Both the position numbers and the translations under genes were made by a program. The notes beneath the pieces were generated by a model. The model was given only the letters and a program-made list of their open reading frames with translations. It was not told the DNA's origin and made no database searches. A stretch of DNA of 64,000 nt, taken from a virus. Lineage: Duplodnaviria; Heunggongvirae; Uroviricota; Caudoviricetes. The stretch lies in the IMG/VR virus record IMGVR_UViG_3300042400_000444, one strand, 5' to 3'. Shown here piece by piece: positions 9,072-17,779 of the stretch. Position 1 is the stretch's first letter, and each line of letters starts with the position of its first letter.

Positions 9072-9416
9072 ATGTCACGTGCCGAATCACCGCAGTCAAT
9101 TTGGCAGGATAAGTTTTATCAACTAACACCATATGCGGTGAACCCGAGTATGTGGTGGTATAACCCAACTAATCATAATAGCTTACGTCTTACACAAAAC
9201 GCATACCTTGAGATACGTGACCACGTTAAGTTCTATAAGTTCAAGTTATTGCATGAAATAAGACCAAAGACCTTTGTACAATTAGAACGCCACTTTGCAG
9301 AGCCTTACTATGTACAAAATCACAAAACCTTACACATTGTTAGCGACCGCGATGCAATGATGATAGGGCTACATGCAAACAATCTACAGCAATACTTGGA
9401 TAACCAAAGCCTATAA
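9072..9416 (+). CDS. hypothetical protein
   Basis: 114-aa ORF. Confidence 0.65.
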   Translation: MSRAESPQSIWQDKFYQLTPYAVNPSMWWYNPTNHNSLRLTQNAYLEIRDHVKFYKFKLLHEIRPKTFVQLERHFAEPYYVQNHKTLHIVSDRDAMMIGLHANNLQQYLDNQSL

Positions 9417-11327
9417 TTACCAAGTACCCGTACCGTTCCAAGTATACTCAAAACTGTAATCATCCCACGTGTAACCTTCGTTGTCTGGATGTTGTACAAA
9501 TTTATAATAGTGTGTTGCTGACCAATTGCCCATTGCGTCAATTTTAAATTTATGATTAGCTGTATAGTCGCATGCAAGCCTATCGCTCCACTCACGTAAA
9601 TCTGCTTCAGGGTCATAAACTATTTCAATTTCATACTCGCCCAATGCTCTCCATAATGAACGCAACAATGGCCAGATTTCATTCACAATACTATCGGCAA
9701 ATTTATTAATGTTAGGTGTAATTATATTGTAATTAAATTCTTCATATGGAATTTGTTGAGGTTGTATATTTTTTTGATCATACTTAATATTGTATAACTT
9801 TAATAATTCAGGTCTTTCTGCACCAAAGAATGGAGTCGTTGAATGCAGGTGTTGAAGGAAAATTAAGAATGATTTTTGTCTAATTAATCGATGAAGTTTA
9901 GTATTAACTAAGTCATTTGTAGTCCATGCTTTTTGAAATCTATGTGGGAATATATTAAACTTTTCACCGTACATAGTAACTTCGGCACCGGGGCTTAACA
10001 TCATAGTAATACCAGGGCTAACATTAAACAGATTATAGTTACGTATGCGCCACACTAATGTTAATGTATCTGCAAAGCCTTGTGGGTCTTCACTAGGAAA
10101 CCCAATAATCCATGTCGTTGAATGTTCTAGACCTACTTCACTTCCGTGTCGTAAGTTATCCTCAATTTCTGTTACATTAACACCTTTCTTCATATCATCG
10201 AGTACACGTTGGCTACCTGATTCAACTCCATAATTAAGTTGATGACAGCCACTTGCTTTTAGGTCTTTAAGATATTCAAAGTCCATTCTGCCATCGCATC
10301 GTGCATATCCTTGCCACTTGATTTTTAGATTACGTTCCACTACACCTAATGCAAATGCACGTAATTCTTTAAGATTGCCATTTACGAGACTATCAATGAA
10401 CCATACAAAATCAATGCCATAAGTTTGGTATTGTATTTCTATTTCGTTTAATACAGATCCTGCCATGCGTCCACGATACTTCCAGAAATGTACTTCTGTA
10501 CAGAACACACACTTAGCAACACAGCCGCGGCTTAACTCACTGCTAATACCGTTAGACATTTCGTAATCAGTCAAGTCATACTGACTGTAATCCGGAAAAG
10601 GTAAACTATCTAAATCTAATCGTGTTTTTGGTGCTACTAAAAATTTATCCATTATAGGTTGGTTATTTTCTATACTGTCTAGTAGGTTTAATAGTATCTG
10701 CTCGCCTTCACCTTGTACTAAATGATCATAAAACTTTTCTGTATACCTAGACGGAGAACCTGCTTGTGGGCCACCGGCAATTATTTTAGCATTAGGTAAC
10801 AGTTGTCGCAGTTTAAGTGCCATCCAATTTGCAGGGACTTCGTTTGTATAGTATAAACAAAATCCTACTACATCAGGTTTACTAGCGGCTATACTTTCTA
10901 CATACTCTTGTAGTATTGGCTCGAGATATTGATGAATTTCTCTCATATATTCTTTGCCAGCCCACATCCACTCTCGACTAGGATGCCAATAATCCAATGG
11001 TGCTATTTCTTTAAGTCGTTTCCACGATTTAACATTTACATCTAATACAGTAGTATCGTAACCTGCCGCACGTGTTACACCGGCTAAGCGTGATAAGTTG
11101 TATGGCGGAAAATATACACCCCATTCCGGAACCATTACTAATGTTAATTTAGTATTTCTAGTTACTTCATCTAATTCAATTGGTATAAGATTGTGCTGTG
11201 GTGTTTTTCTAGCCATAGACATCATTGATTTGATCATTACCCAATCTTTACTTTCTGGGTCGTTGGATGGTAGTTCTTCGGCTAAGTTATTAAACTTACT
11301 GTCTGGGAGGATTGGGATGATTGCCAT
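9417..11327 (-). CDS. cobalamin-binding radical SAM enzyme (class B methyltransferase-like)
   Basis: B12-domain motifs PPYNLSRLAG, DVVGF, IIAGGPQ, GEGE, LDSLPFPDY; SRGCVAKCVFC; YGVESGSQRVLDDMKKG; IIGFPSE; start placed at MAIIP after a TAAATA box. Confidence 0.88.
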   Translation of the reverse strand: MAIIPILPDSKFNNLAEELPSNDPESKDWVMIKSMMSMARKTPQHNLIPIELDEVTRNTKLTLVMVPEWGVYFPPYNLSRLAGVTRAAGYDTTVLDVNVKSWKRLKEIAPLDYWHPSREWMWAGKEYMREIHQYLEPILQEYVESIAASKPDVVGFCLYYTNEVPANWMALKLRQLLPNAKIIAGGPQAGSPSRYTEKFYDHLVQGEGEQILLNLLDSIENNQPIMDKFLVAPKTRLDLDSLPFPDYSQYDLTDYEMSNGISSELSRGCVAKCVFCTEVHFWKYRGRMAGSVLNEIEIQYQTYGIDFVWFIDSLVNGNLKELRAFALGVVERNLKIKWQGYARCDGRMDFEYLKDLKASGCHQLNYGVESGSQRVLDDMKKGVNVTEIEDNLRHGSEVGLEHSTTWIIGFPSEDPQGFADTLTLVWRIRNYNLFNVSPGITMMLSPGAEVTMYGEKFNIFPHRFQKAWTTNDLVNTKLHRLIRQKSFLIFLQHLHSTTPFFGAERPELLKLYNIKYDQKNIQPQQIPYEEFNYNIITPNINKFADSIVNEIWPLLRSLWRALGEYEIEIVYDPEADLREWSDRLACDYTANHKFKIDAMGNWSATHYYKFVQHPDNEGYTWDDYSFEYTWNGTGTW

Positions 11328-11332
11328 ATACA

Positions 11333-11338
11333 TATTTA
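11333..11338 (-). promoter_or_regulatory. putative late promoter (TAAATA)
   Basis: TAAATA on the - strand, 5 nt before ATG 11327. Confidence 0.5.
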
Positions 11339-11373
11339 CGCTATACATAGCGCCAGCATAAATTTTATAATGA

Positions 11374-11402
11374 TTGACTTTTACATATAATTGTGTTATA
11401 CT
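11374..11402 (+). promoter_or_regulatory. sigma70 promoter with extended -10
   Basis: TTGACT-N17-TATACT with TG upstream of the -10 box. Confidence 0.75.
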
Positions 11403-11436
11403 GGTTGTGTAATAAATAAAATTCAAGGAGTAAGAC

Positions 11437-11730
11437 ATGAAGAAGCTATTACTAGCAACACTGTTATTATCACTTAGCACTACTGCAGCCGCAGATGGCT
11501 ATCACAATCGAAACTATCATGGCAACGGTAATGACGTGTTACTCCCGTTAATTGTTGGCGGCACACTTGGTTATATCATAGCCCAACCTCGCACAGTGGT
11601 AGTACAACAACCACAATACACACTGCTACCGAGCTATGTGCCTGCTAACAACGAACCAATCTATCAATATCAGAACATATATGACGGTAATTGTGCTTGT
11701 TATCATCGAGTTTTAGTTCAAATCAACTAA
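11437..11730 (+). CDS. small exported/membrane protein
   Basis: Signal peptide MKKLLLATLLLSLSTTAAA, a second hydrophobic segment, AGGAG SD. Confidence 0.75.
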   Translation: MKKLLLATLLLSLSTTAAADGYHNRNYHGNGNDVLLPLIVGGTLGYIIAQPRTVVVQQPQYTLLPSYVPANNEPIYQYQNIYDGNCACYHRVLVQIN

Positions 11731-11742
11731 GAAAGGATCTAT

Positions 11743-11853
11743 ATGCGGTATCTTATTGCAATGGCAGTAGTAGTTGCAGTTCTCAGTGGTTGTGCAAAAA
11801 TTAATACATGTTTTAACTGTCGACACGCCTCCTCATATAATAATCCAAATTAA
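11743..11853 (+). CDS. small predicted lipoprotein (36 aa, absent from ORF track)
   Basis: MRYLIAMAVVVAVLSGCAKINTCFNCRHASSYNNPN; lipobox LSGC; AAGGA SD. Confidence 0.6.
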   Translation: MRYLIAMAVVVAVLSGCAKINTCFNCRHASSYNNPN

Positions 11854-11856
11854 CGA

Positions 11857-11885
11857 TTGACTTTTACCTATTAAGAGTGTATAAT
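11857..11885 (+). promoter_or_regulatory. sigma70 promoter
   Basis: TTGACT-N17-TATAAT. Confidence 0.8.
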
Positions 11886-11910
11886 GGCACTTAATAGTTA
11901 GGAGTCAAAC

Positions 11911-12438
11911 ATGTCATCATTAGTAAGCAGAGCAAGAGCATTTGCTGCACATGCGCATCGCGCAATCGATCATAAAAGAAAATACACAGGTGAAGACTAC
12001 ATTGTTCACCCTGCCGAAGTTGTGGCAATTGTTGCCACTGTTCCCCACACAGATGAAATGCTAGCGGCCGCGTGGTTGCATGACACAGTAGAAGATACTG
12101 GTGTTACTATCGAAACTATCCGTGCGGAGTTTGGTACAATCGTAGCAGACTTGGTTGCTGACTTGACTGATATTAGCACACCGGACCTTGGCAACAGAGC
12201 AGTGCGCAAAGCCATTGACTTAGCGCATACTGCTACAGCCAGCCCAAATGCAAAAACAATTAAACTTGCCGACTTGTTGTCAAACACTGCTAGTATTGTC
12301 GAGCATGATCCAGGCTTTGCCCGTGTATACCTTAAAGAAAAAACAGCCTTGCTTAAAGTATTAACGGAAGGTGATGCAACTTTGTTGGCTCGCGCCACTG
12401 ATACATTGTCTAAATCACTTGACAAATTGGTAAAATGA
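11911..12438 (+). CDS. HD-domain hydrolase of the Mesh1/SpoT small alarmone hydrolase type
   Basis: H....RKYTGEDYIVHP, AAWLHDTVEDT, V..LTD, IKLADLLSN. Confidence 0.85.
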   Translation: MSSLVSRARAFAAHAHRAIDHKRKYTGEDYIVHPAEVVAIVATVPHTDEMLAAAWLHDTVEDTGVTIETIRAEFGTIVADLVADLTDISTPDLGNRAVRKAIDLAHTATASPNAKTIKLADLLSNTASIVEHDPGFARVYLKEKTALLKVLTEGDATLLARATDTLSKSLDKLVK

Positions 12439-12447
12439 CTGTATAAT
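12419..12447 (+). promoter_or_regulatory. consensus sigma70 promoter
   Basis: TTGACA-N17-TATAAT. Confidence 0.85.
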
Positions 12448-12480
12448 GTTACACATACACTAACAACACAGGAGCAATAA

Positions 12481-12885
12481 ATGGCTTATATTAATGCACA
12501 AGATGTTAAGGCAATACGTGACGAACTTAAAGCAACTTTTCCTAAATTCAAATTTGGTGTACGTAAAGGTTATGCGGGTAGTTCAGTCGACGTAACTATT
12601 AAACAAGGTCCAGTTGACTTTGCTGAAGTGTTTGACGATGGTCATTTGCCTACTAAACGTAAATATGTTCAAATCAACGAATATCATTTATATAACTACG
12701 GCAAGTATCAAACGTTCTTTGAACAAGTGTTAGAAATTATCAAGTGTGCCCCGGCTCGTGCTGGTGGTCGTGCTTGGTTCGATAAAAGTGATTCGCAAAT
12801 AGATTATTTCCATATTGCCTATTACATTCATTTAAACGTGGGTGAGTGGGATGAGCCATACGCTTGCACTAAGGAGTTTGCATAA
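12481..12885 (+). CDS. hypothetical protein, LPD29-like domain
   Basis: KAIRDELKATFPKFKFGVR...GSSVDVTIKQGP resembles large-polyvalent-protein-associated domain 29 (from memory). Confidence 0.55.
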   Translation: MAYINAQDVKAIRDELKATFPKFKFGVRKGYAGSSVDVTIKQGPVDFAEVFDDGHLPTKRKYVQINEYHLYNYGKYQTFFEQVLEIIKCAPARAGGRAWFDKSDSQIDYFHIAYYIHLNVGEWDEPYACTKEFA

Positions 12886-13061
12886 TGTCATCAGCTTACT
12901 TTGTAAATTATCACAAGGCTTGGATAAAGGAATTATCCGCCGACGAGCTTGAGGAGTCATTCGAAACATATAAAACATTACAAGCACGTTCGGTTAACGA
13001 TGAGATTGTTACTGAATTGCTTGCCCAAGAATTAGACAACAGAGAAAAGGAATTATTATAA
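12885..13061 (+). CDS. small acidic hypothetical protein (58 aa, absent from ORF track)
   Basis: MSSAYFVNYHKAWIKELSADELEESF...REKELL; AAGGAG SD; TAATG coupling at both ends. Confidence 0.65.
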   Translation: MSSAYFVNYHKAWIKELSADELEESFETYKTLQARSVNDEIVTELLAQELDNREKELL

Positions 13062-13225
13062 TGAATTTAAGAACAAAACAAGTGGTTCTCGCAGTTTTAT
13101 TAATCATCGGTTACATTGCAATCGGTGAATGTGGCGAGGTTGGTAAGATGATTAATGGTCTACTTGGTAACTTTGCAGTAGGTTGGTTGGTTATGGACAT
13201 TGCAAAAGCAATCATTAAAGATTAA
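13061..13225 (+). CDS. small membrane protein (54 aa, absent from ORF track)
   Basis: MNLRTKQVVLAVLLIIGYIAIG...GNFAVGWLVMDIAKAIIKD; two hydrophobic segments. Confidence 0.6.
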   Translation: MNLRTKQVVLAVLLIIGYIAIGECGEVGKMINGLLGNFAVGWLVMDIAKAIIKD

Positions 13226-13232
13226 AAAGTAG

Positions 13233-13261
13233 TTGACAAGAACATATTTTGGTAGTATAAT
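13233..13261 (+). promoter_or_regulatory. consensus sigma70 promoter
   Basis: TTGACA-N17-TATAAT. Confidence 0.85.
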
Positions 13262-13305
13262 ATGTTTTGTTACGTTAAGTTAATAATTAATTAGGAGTTA
13301 CACAA

Positions 13306-14403
13306 ATGGCATCAATTACTGAAAATAGAACTGTTACTGCAACAGAAGCAAAGGCGGCAATTTTACGTTGCTTTACAAAACAACGCCCACTATTTTTATG
13401 GGGTCCCCCAGGTATTGGCAAAAGTGAATTAGTAGAAGGCATTACTAAAGACATGGGCGGGTTGATGATTGACTTGCGTTTGGCACAAATGGACCCGACG
13501 GACATACGTGGTATTCCTTACTTTAACAAAGACTTGGGCGTGATGGATTGGGCTCCGCCAATTGATTTGCCCACAGAAGAAATGGCTGCACAATATCCGA
13601 TTGTGGTGTTGTTTTTAGATGAGATGAACAGTGCAGCGCCAAGTGTGCAGGCAGTTGCTTATCAACTTGTATTGAACAGACGTGTGGGCAAGTATAAACT
13701 ACCTGATAACGTTGTGTTGGTAGCGGCAGGTAACAGGGACGGTGACAAAGGTGTTAGCTACAGAATGCCAAGTCCACTTGCTAACAGGTTTGTGCATTTG
13801 GAAATGCGTGTAGACTTTGATAGCTGGTTACAATGGGCTACTGAAAATCGCATTAACAAAGACGTTATTGGTTACATTAGTTTTGCTAAACAAGATTTGT
13901 ATGACTTTGATCCAAAAAGTTCAAGTCGTAGTTTTGCAACACCTCGTAGCTGGACGTTTGTTAGTGAGTTGTTAGACGACGGCATGGCAGACGGCACTAC
14001 TACAGATATTGTAGCAGGTACTATTGGTGAAGGTACTGCTGTTAAGTTTATGGCACATAGAAAAATTTCTGCTAAAATGCCTAACCCAACAGACATTTTA
14101 AACGGTAAGGTTACAGAACTTGCTGTTAAAGAAATTAGTGCTATGTACAGTTTGACAATGAGTATGTGTTACGAGTTGAAAGATGCGTACACTAAGATTG
14201 GCAAGGAAGACAATGCTAAATGGCACACTATGGCAGATTACTTCTTTAAGTTTATGATGGAAAACTTTACAACAGAAGTTACTGTTATGGGCGCACGTGT
14301 AGCGTTAACAACTTTTAACTTGCCTTTTGTGCCTAACAAGTTGAAAAACTTTGATGAGTTTCATCGTCGCTTCGGAAAATATGTCGTAGCGGCAGTTGCA
14401 TAA
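13306..14403 (+). CDS. MoxR-like AAA+ ATPase
   Basis: Walker A GPPGIGKS, Walker B LFLDEMN, AAGNR, LANRF, TPRSW. Confidence 0.9.
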   Translation: MASITENRTVTATEAKAAILRCFTKQRPLFLWGPPGIGKSELVEGITKDMGGLMIDLRLAQMDPTDIRGIPYFNKDLGVMDWAPPIDLPTEEMAAQYPIVVLFLDEMNSAAPSVQAVAYQLVLNRRVGKYKLPDNVVLVAAGNRDGDKGVSYRMPSPLANRFVHLEMRVDFDSWLQWATENRINKDVIGYISFAKQDLYDFDPKSSSRSFATPRSWTFVSELLDDGMADGTTTDIVAGTIGEGTAVKFMAHRKISAKMPNPTDILNGKVTELAVKEISAMYSLTMSMCYELKDAYTKIGKEDNAKWHTMADYFFKFMMENFTTEVTVMGARVALTTFNLPFVPNKLKNFDEFHRRFGKYVVAAVA

Positions 14404-14417
14404 TTAACTAACAAAGG

Positions 14418-14446
14418 AAAAGGGCCGAAAGGCTCTTTTTTGTTTT
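14418..14446 (+). terminator. intrinsic terminator
   Basis: AAAAGGGCC-GAAA-GGCTCTTTT plus a T tract. Confidence 0.8.
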
Positions 14447-14752
14447 ATGGCAGAATTTAAAATTAAGAAGATGGATGCAAGGTATAATGGCAGTGGATAC
14501 TTTACTCACGTAATAGACTACGGTGGTAAGTATGGTACAAGTTTAACATTTCAACAGCATCGAGTTTGGTTCTGGGAATCGTTTGGTCCAAGTTGCGAGA
14601 TTGAGGCGTTTATGCGGCTTGGAAAGAACAATCATTCTCAACCAGATTGCATTAGTGGTAATTGGGCATGGAATACAGAGTTCGGTAATAGAAAACTTTA
14701 CGTAAGAGATGATGCAATGCTTGCGTTCTTTACACTGAAATTTTCCACTTAG
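14447..14752 (+). CDS. hypothetical protein
   Basis: 101-aa ORF. Confidence 0.6.
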   Translation: MAEFKIKKMDARYNGSGYFTHVIDYGGKYGTSLTFQQHRVWFWESFGPSCEIEAFMRLGKNNHSQPDCISGNWAWNTEFGNRKLYVRDDAMLAFFTLKFST

Positions 14753-15722
14753 TAGCAGAAGCTAATATAGATTCTAAATCGCCACAAATGCCACAGTTTG
14801 AATCTTGTTTAATCTCAGTTAATGCATTAATTAAAAAATTAATATCAACGTTAGGGTTATCTGTCAAGCGATTGGATTGCCACCAAGCATCAGTCATATG
14901 TGGGAATCTACCGATAGCTTGCATACCACTAAATGCTACTCCTAATTCTTTACCTAACGTTACATAGTCCAAAATTTCTAAATAATTTCTTTGTTGCACT
15001 ACATTTTGAGTACTAACATTAACTCCTAAATCAAGTAACTGTTTAACGCCTGCGATGACTAAGTCAAAGTTTCCGCCGCGGATTTCTTTGTATGTTTCTG
15101 CTGTTGCCGCATCAAAACTAACAACCACATCACTAAGCTGGCCTTTCTCTTTAAGAGATTTTAATAAATCTATATTTTTAGATATTAAGTTACCATTGGT
15201 AGTAAAACAAAATTTAAAACATTTAGGTAATCTGTCATTACGCATAAATTGTTGATAGGCGACACTCGCAAATATATCACCGAGCCCGTCACAGTATAAT
15301 AACACTGGTTTTGAAAAGTTTTGATATTCTTCTGTTATCTTAGATAAAATCTGTTCAACTGTAGGATCTGCTTGTGCAGAATAGATATTACCGGTCCGGC
15401 AACTAGCACACCGTAAATTACAGTTTTTGTCTATCTGTAAATATATTGTGGTTGGTAAGGTTGGTGTATTGGTTGGAAAAGATTCAACTTGATCTAAGTG
15501 CCATAGTTTGCCACACATTGAATTGCAGTATTTAAATGATTGGTCTATTATACTATTTCTAAAATCATTAACAGAATGAGATTTAAATATATCATTTAAT
15601 GAATTATGTAATATATTACCCATCGGGCCTTTATTATTCCACCCGGGACATAAACATAATCCGACGCCACCATCTTCATTAATATATATAGTATCCCATG
15701 GGGCTGAACAAAATTTAAGCAT
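14730..15722 (-). CDS. radical SAM protein with N-terminal twitch-like Cys domain
   Basis: FCSAPW...CLCP...YCNSMC, CNLRCASC, TTNG, SFDAAT.ETY; start at MLKFC after TATAAATA. Confidence 0.85.
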   Translation of the reverse strand: MLKFCSAPWDTIYINEDGGVGLCLCPGWNNKGPMGNILHNSLNDIFKSHSVNDFRNSIIDQSFKYCNSMCGKLWHLDQVESFPTNTPTLPTTIYLQIDKNCNLRCASCRTGNIYSAQADPTVEQILSKITEEYQNFSKPVLLYCDGLGDIFASVAYQQFMRNDRLPKCFKFCFTTNGNLISKNIDLLKSLKEKGQLSDVVVSFDAATAETYKEIRGGNFDLVIAGVKQLLDLGVNVSTQNVVQQRNYLEILDYVTLGKELGVAFSGMQAIGRFPHMTDAWWQSNRLTDNPNVDINFLINALTEIKQDSNCGICGDLESILASATKWKISV

Positions 15723-15726
15723 ACAG

Positions 15727-15734
15727 TATTTATA
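15727..15734 (-). promoter_or_regulatory. T4-type late promoter box TATAAATA
   Basis: TATAAATA on the - strand, 4 nt before ATG 15722. Confidence 0.55.
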
Positions 15735-15748
15735 AGTGAATATTCCGC

Positions 15749-15777
15749 TTGACAAATTAGACAATCGGTAGTATAAT
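15749..15777 (+). promoter_or_regulatory. consensus sigma70 promoter
   Basis: TTGACA-N17-TATAAT. Confidence 0.85.
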
Positions 15778-15808
15778 AGTTTTTATAGTAAACGATTAGG
15801 AGTAGTAA

Positions 15809-17089
15809 ATGTCTACAGCAACAGCAACAACTAGCGCAGAAAAGAAAAAAGTTGTAACAGTAACAGATGCACGTATTGATGCAAATGTACGTGAAAAACT
15901 TATTACTGCACGTATTGCGCTATTACTTAAAGCGCCGTTTTTCGGTAACTTAGCGACACGTTTAAAATTAGTAAACGCAGATGAGTGGTTAAGCACAGCG
16001 GCTACAGACGGGCGTAACTTTTACTACAACAGTGAATTTGTAAACAAACTGCCTCAAAAACAAGTGGAGTTTTTAGTTGGGCATGAAGTGTTACACGTAG
16101 TTTACGATCACATGGGACGTAGACAAGATAGAGATGGGCAGTTGTATAACATTGCGGCAGATTACTGCGTAAATGCTGACTTAATTGATAGCAGAATTGG
16201 TGAAAAAATTACAAGTGTGCCTATTTTGTTTGATAAGAAATATGCAGGTATGAGCTCAGAAGAAGTGTATGACTTGCTATACGAAAATGCTGAGAAAATT
16301 GACATTAGCGAATTGCTTAAACAAATGTTAGATGAACATTTAGATGATGGCGACGAAGATGGTGAAGATGGTGAAGATGGGGACAAAGAAGGTAAAGGTG
16401 GTCGCCCAGGTAAAATGACTGCTGAAGAAAAGAAAGCATTGCGTGACGAAATACGCGAAGCTGTATTGCAAGCGGCAGAAGCGGCGGGTGCAGGTAACTT
16501 GCCAGCTGGTGTTAAACGTATGATTAATACGCTTACAAACCCACAGTTAAACTGGCGTGAATTGATTCGTCAACAAGTACAAAGTTTAGTAAGAGCTGAC
16601 TTTACTTGGGCACGTATGAATCGTAAAGGTCAACACTTAGATGCGATTTTGCCTGGTAATAACTTTGCAGAAACAATTGACGTTAGTGTTAGTATTGATG
16701 CGTCGGGTAGTATGAGCGATAGTATGTTGCGTGATATTTTAAGTGAAGTTAAAGGTATTATGGAAGCGTTTGACGACTTTAAACTTGATGTATGGACATT
16801 TGATACTAAAGTTTACGGATACGAAAAATACACGCCAGATAACATCGACGATATTGACACTTACGAATTACAAGGTGGTGGCGGTACTGACTTTGAATGT
16901 AATTGGGAATTTATGCGTGAAAATGAACTTACGCCAAAATTGTTTATTATGTTTACAGATGGTTATCCAAATGGCGGTTGGGGTGATGAGAATTACGTAG
17001 ATACATTGTTTGTAATTCACGGCACTACAAGTATCGAAGCACCATTTGGTATTACAGCGTATTATGATTTATCGAAAGGAACTAACTAA
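15809..17089 (+). CDS. DUF2201-type metallopeptidase-like + vWA domain protein (MoxR partner)
   Basis: TAATDG, HEVLH, acidic linker, MIDAS DASGSM, GGGTDF, FTDGY. Confidence 0.88.
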   Translation: MSTATATTSAEKKKVVTVTDARIDANVREKLITARIALLLKAPFFGNLATRLKLVNADEWLSTAATDGRNFYYNSEFVNKLPQKQVEFLVGHEVLHVVYDHMGRRQDRDGQLYNIAADYCVNADLIDSRIGEKITSVPILFDKKYAGMSSEEVYDLLYENAEKIDISELLKQMLDEHLDDGDEDGEDGEDGDKEGKGGRPGKMTAEEKKALRDEIREAVLQAAEAAGAGNLPAGVKRMINTLTNPQLNWRELIRQQVQSLVRADFTWARMNRKGQHLDAILPGNNFAETIDVSVSIDASGSMSDSMLRDILSEVKGIMEAFDDFKLDVWTFDTKVYGYEKYTPDNIDDIDTYELQGGGGTDFECNWEFMRENELTPKLFIMFTDGYPNGGWGDENYVDTLFVIHGTTSIEAPFGITAYYDLSKGTN

Positions 17090-17424
17090 TGTCAGTATAT
17101 CAAAGTTTTAGTTATAGTCCTACAGAGTTAGCGGCACAGATGTCTAGCGCAACACACGACACACTTGCTTATCTGTGGAAGAACAAGTACATCACCACTG
17201 AACAGTATAACGAACTGTCAGGTAAAATAATGGTTATGGCTGTACCAAACAGCAAAGGGTTTGGTAAGAAACTGTTAGAATACTTCTTCGGTGATAAAGC
17301 AGAGGAAAATTCTTGGGTGTTTCCTATTGTAGAAGTAGCTACACACTACAAATCTGCTACTCCAGAAAAGCCAAAGAATGTAACTCGACTTAAAACCAAA
17401 CCAAAGTTAGAGGTGGTTGAGTAA
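17089..17424 (+). CDS. hypothetical protein
   Basis: coupled ORF, 111 aa. Confidence 0.7.
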   Translation: MSVYQSFSYSPTELAAQMSSATHDTLAYLWKNKYITTEQYNELSGKIMVMAVPNSKGFGKKLLEYFFGDKAEENSWVFPIVEVATHYKSATPEKPKNVTRLKTKPKLEVVE

Positions 17425-17771
17425 TGAGTACTAATGCTTACATTTTTGCGTGGGACAATACAGGCATCGAAAGCATTGTTCCTATTACACAGTATGAGCA
17501 TTATGATCGAGATAACACAATGCGTATATTAAGTAATGAGCCAACTGTTCGCAGTCCTTTAACTAGCATTTTACAGATGATGGTAATACGTGCTAAGGCA
17601 AACCCACAACGTTGTTATGAAATATACAGTGTAGATTGTTCAGATGAAATGAGCGAGGACTTTTGGCGAGAAGAGTGGGCAACTAATCCGCAAGGGTGTG
17701 CTGACTTAGTACGTGAACGTGGTATTAAATTGTACAGTGATAGACAAACGTCTAAGCCCGTAATTAGTTAA
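17424..17771 (+). CDS. hypothetical protein
   Basis: coupled ORF, 115 aa. Confidence 0.7.
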   Translation: MSTNAYIFAWDNTGIESIVPITQYEHYDRDNTMRILSNEPTVRSPLTSILQMMVIRAKANPQRCYEIYSVDCSDEMSEDFWREEWATNPQGCADLVRERGIKLYSDRQTSKPVIS

Positions 17772-17779
17772 GGAATAAT

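Noticed and set aside
11328-11480. N-terminal extension of the 687-aa ORF given in the track
   Set aside because: It overlaps a divergent promoter and the + strand gene at 11437; the start after the TAAATA box is more plausible
16345-16385. gaagatggt tandem repeat; likewise aaagtagcc at ~7943 and actaa(a/g)gcaaaag at ~21290
   Set aside because: In-frame low-complexity coding repeats (acidic or Lys/Ala linkers), not CRISPR or regulatory arrays
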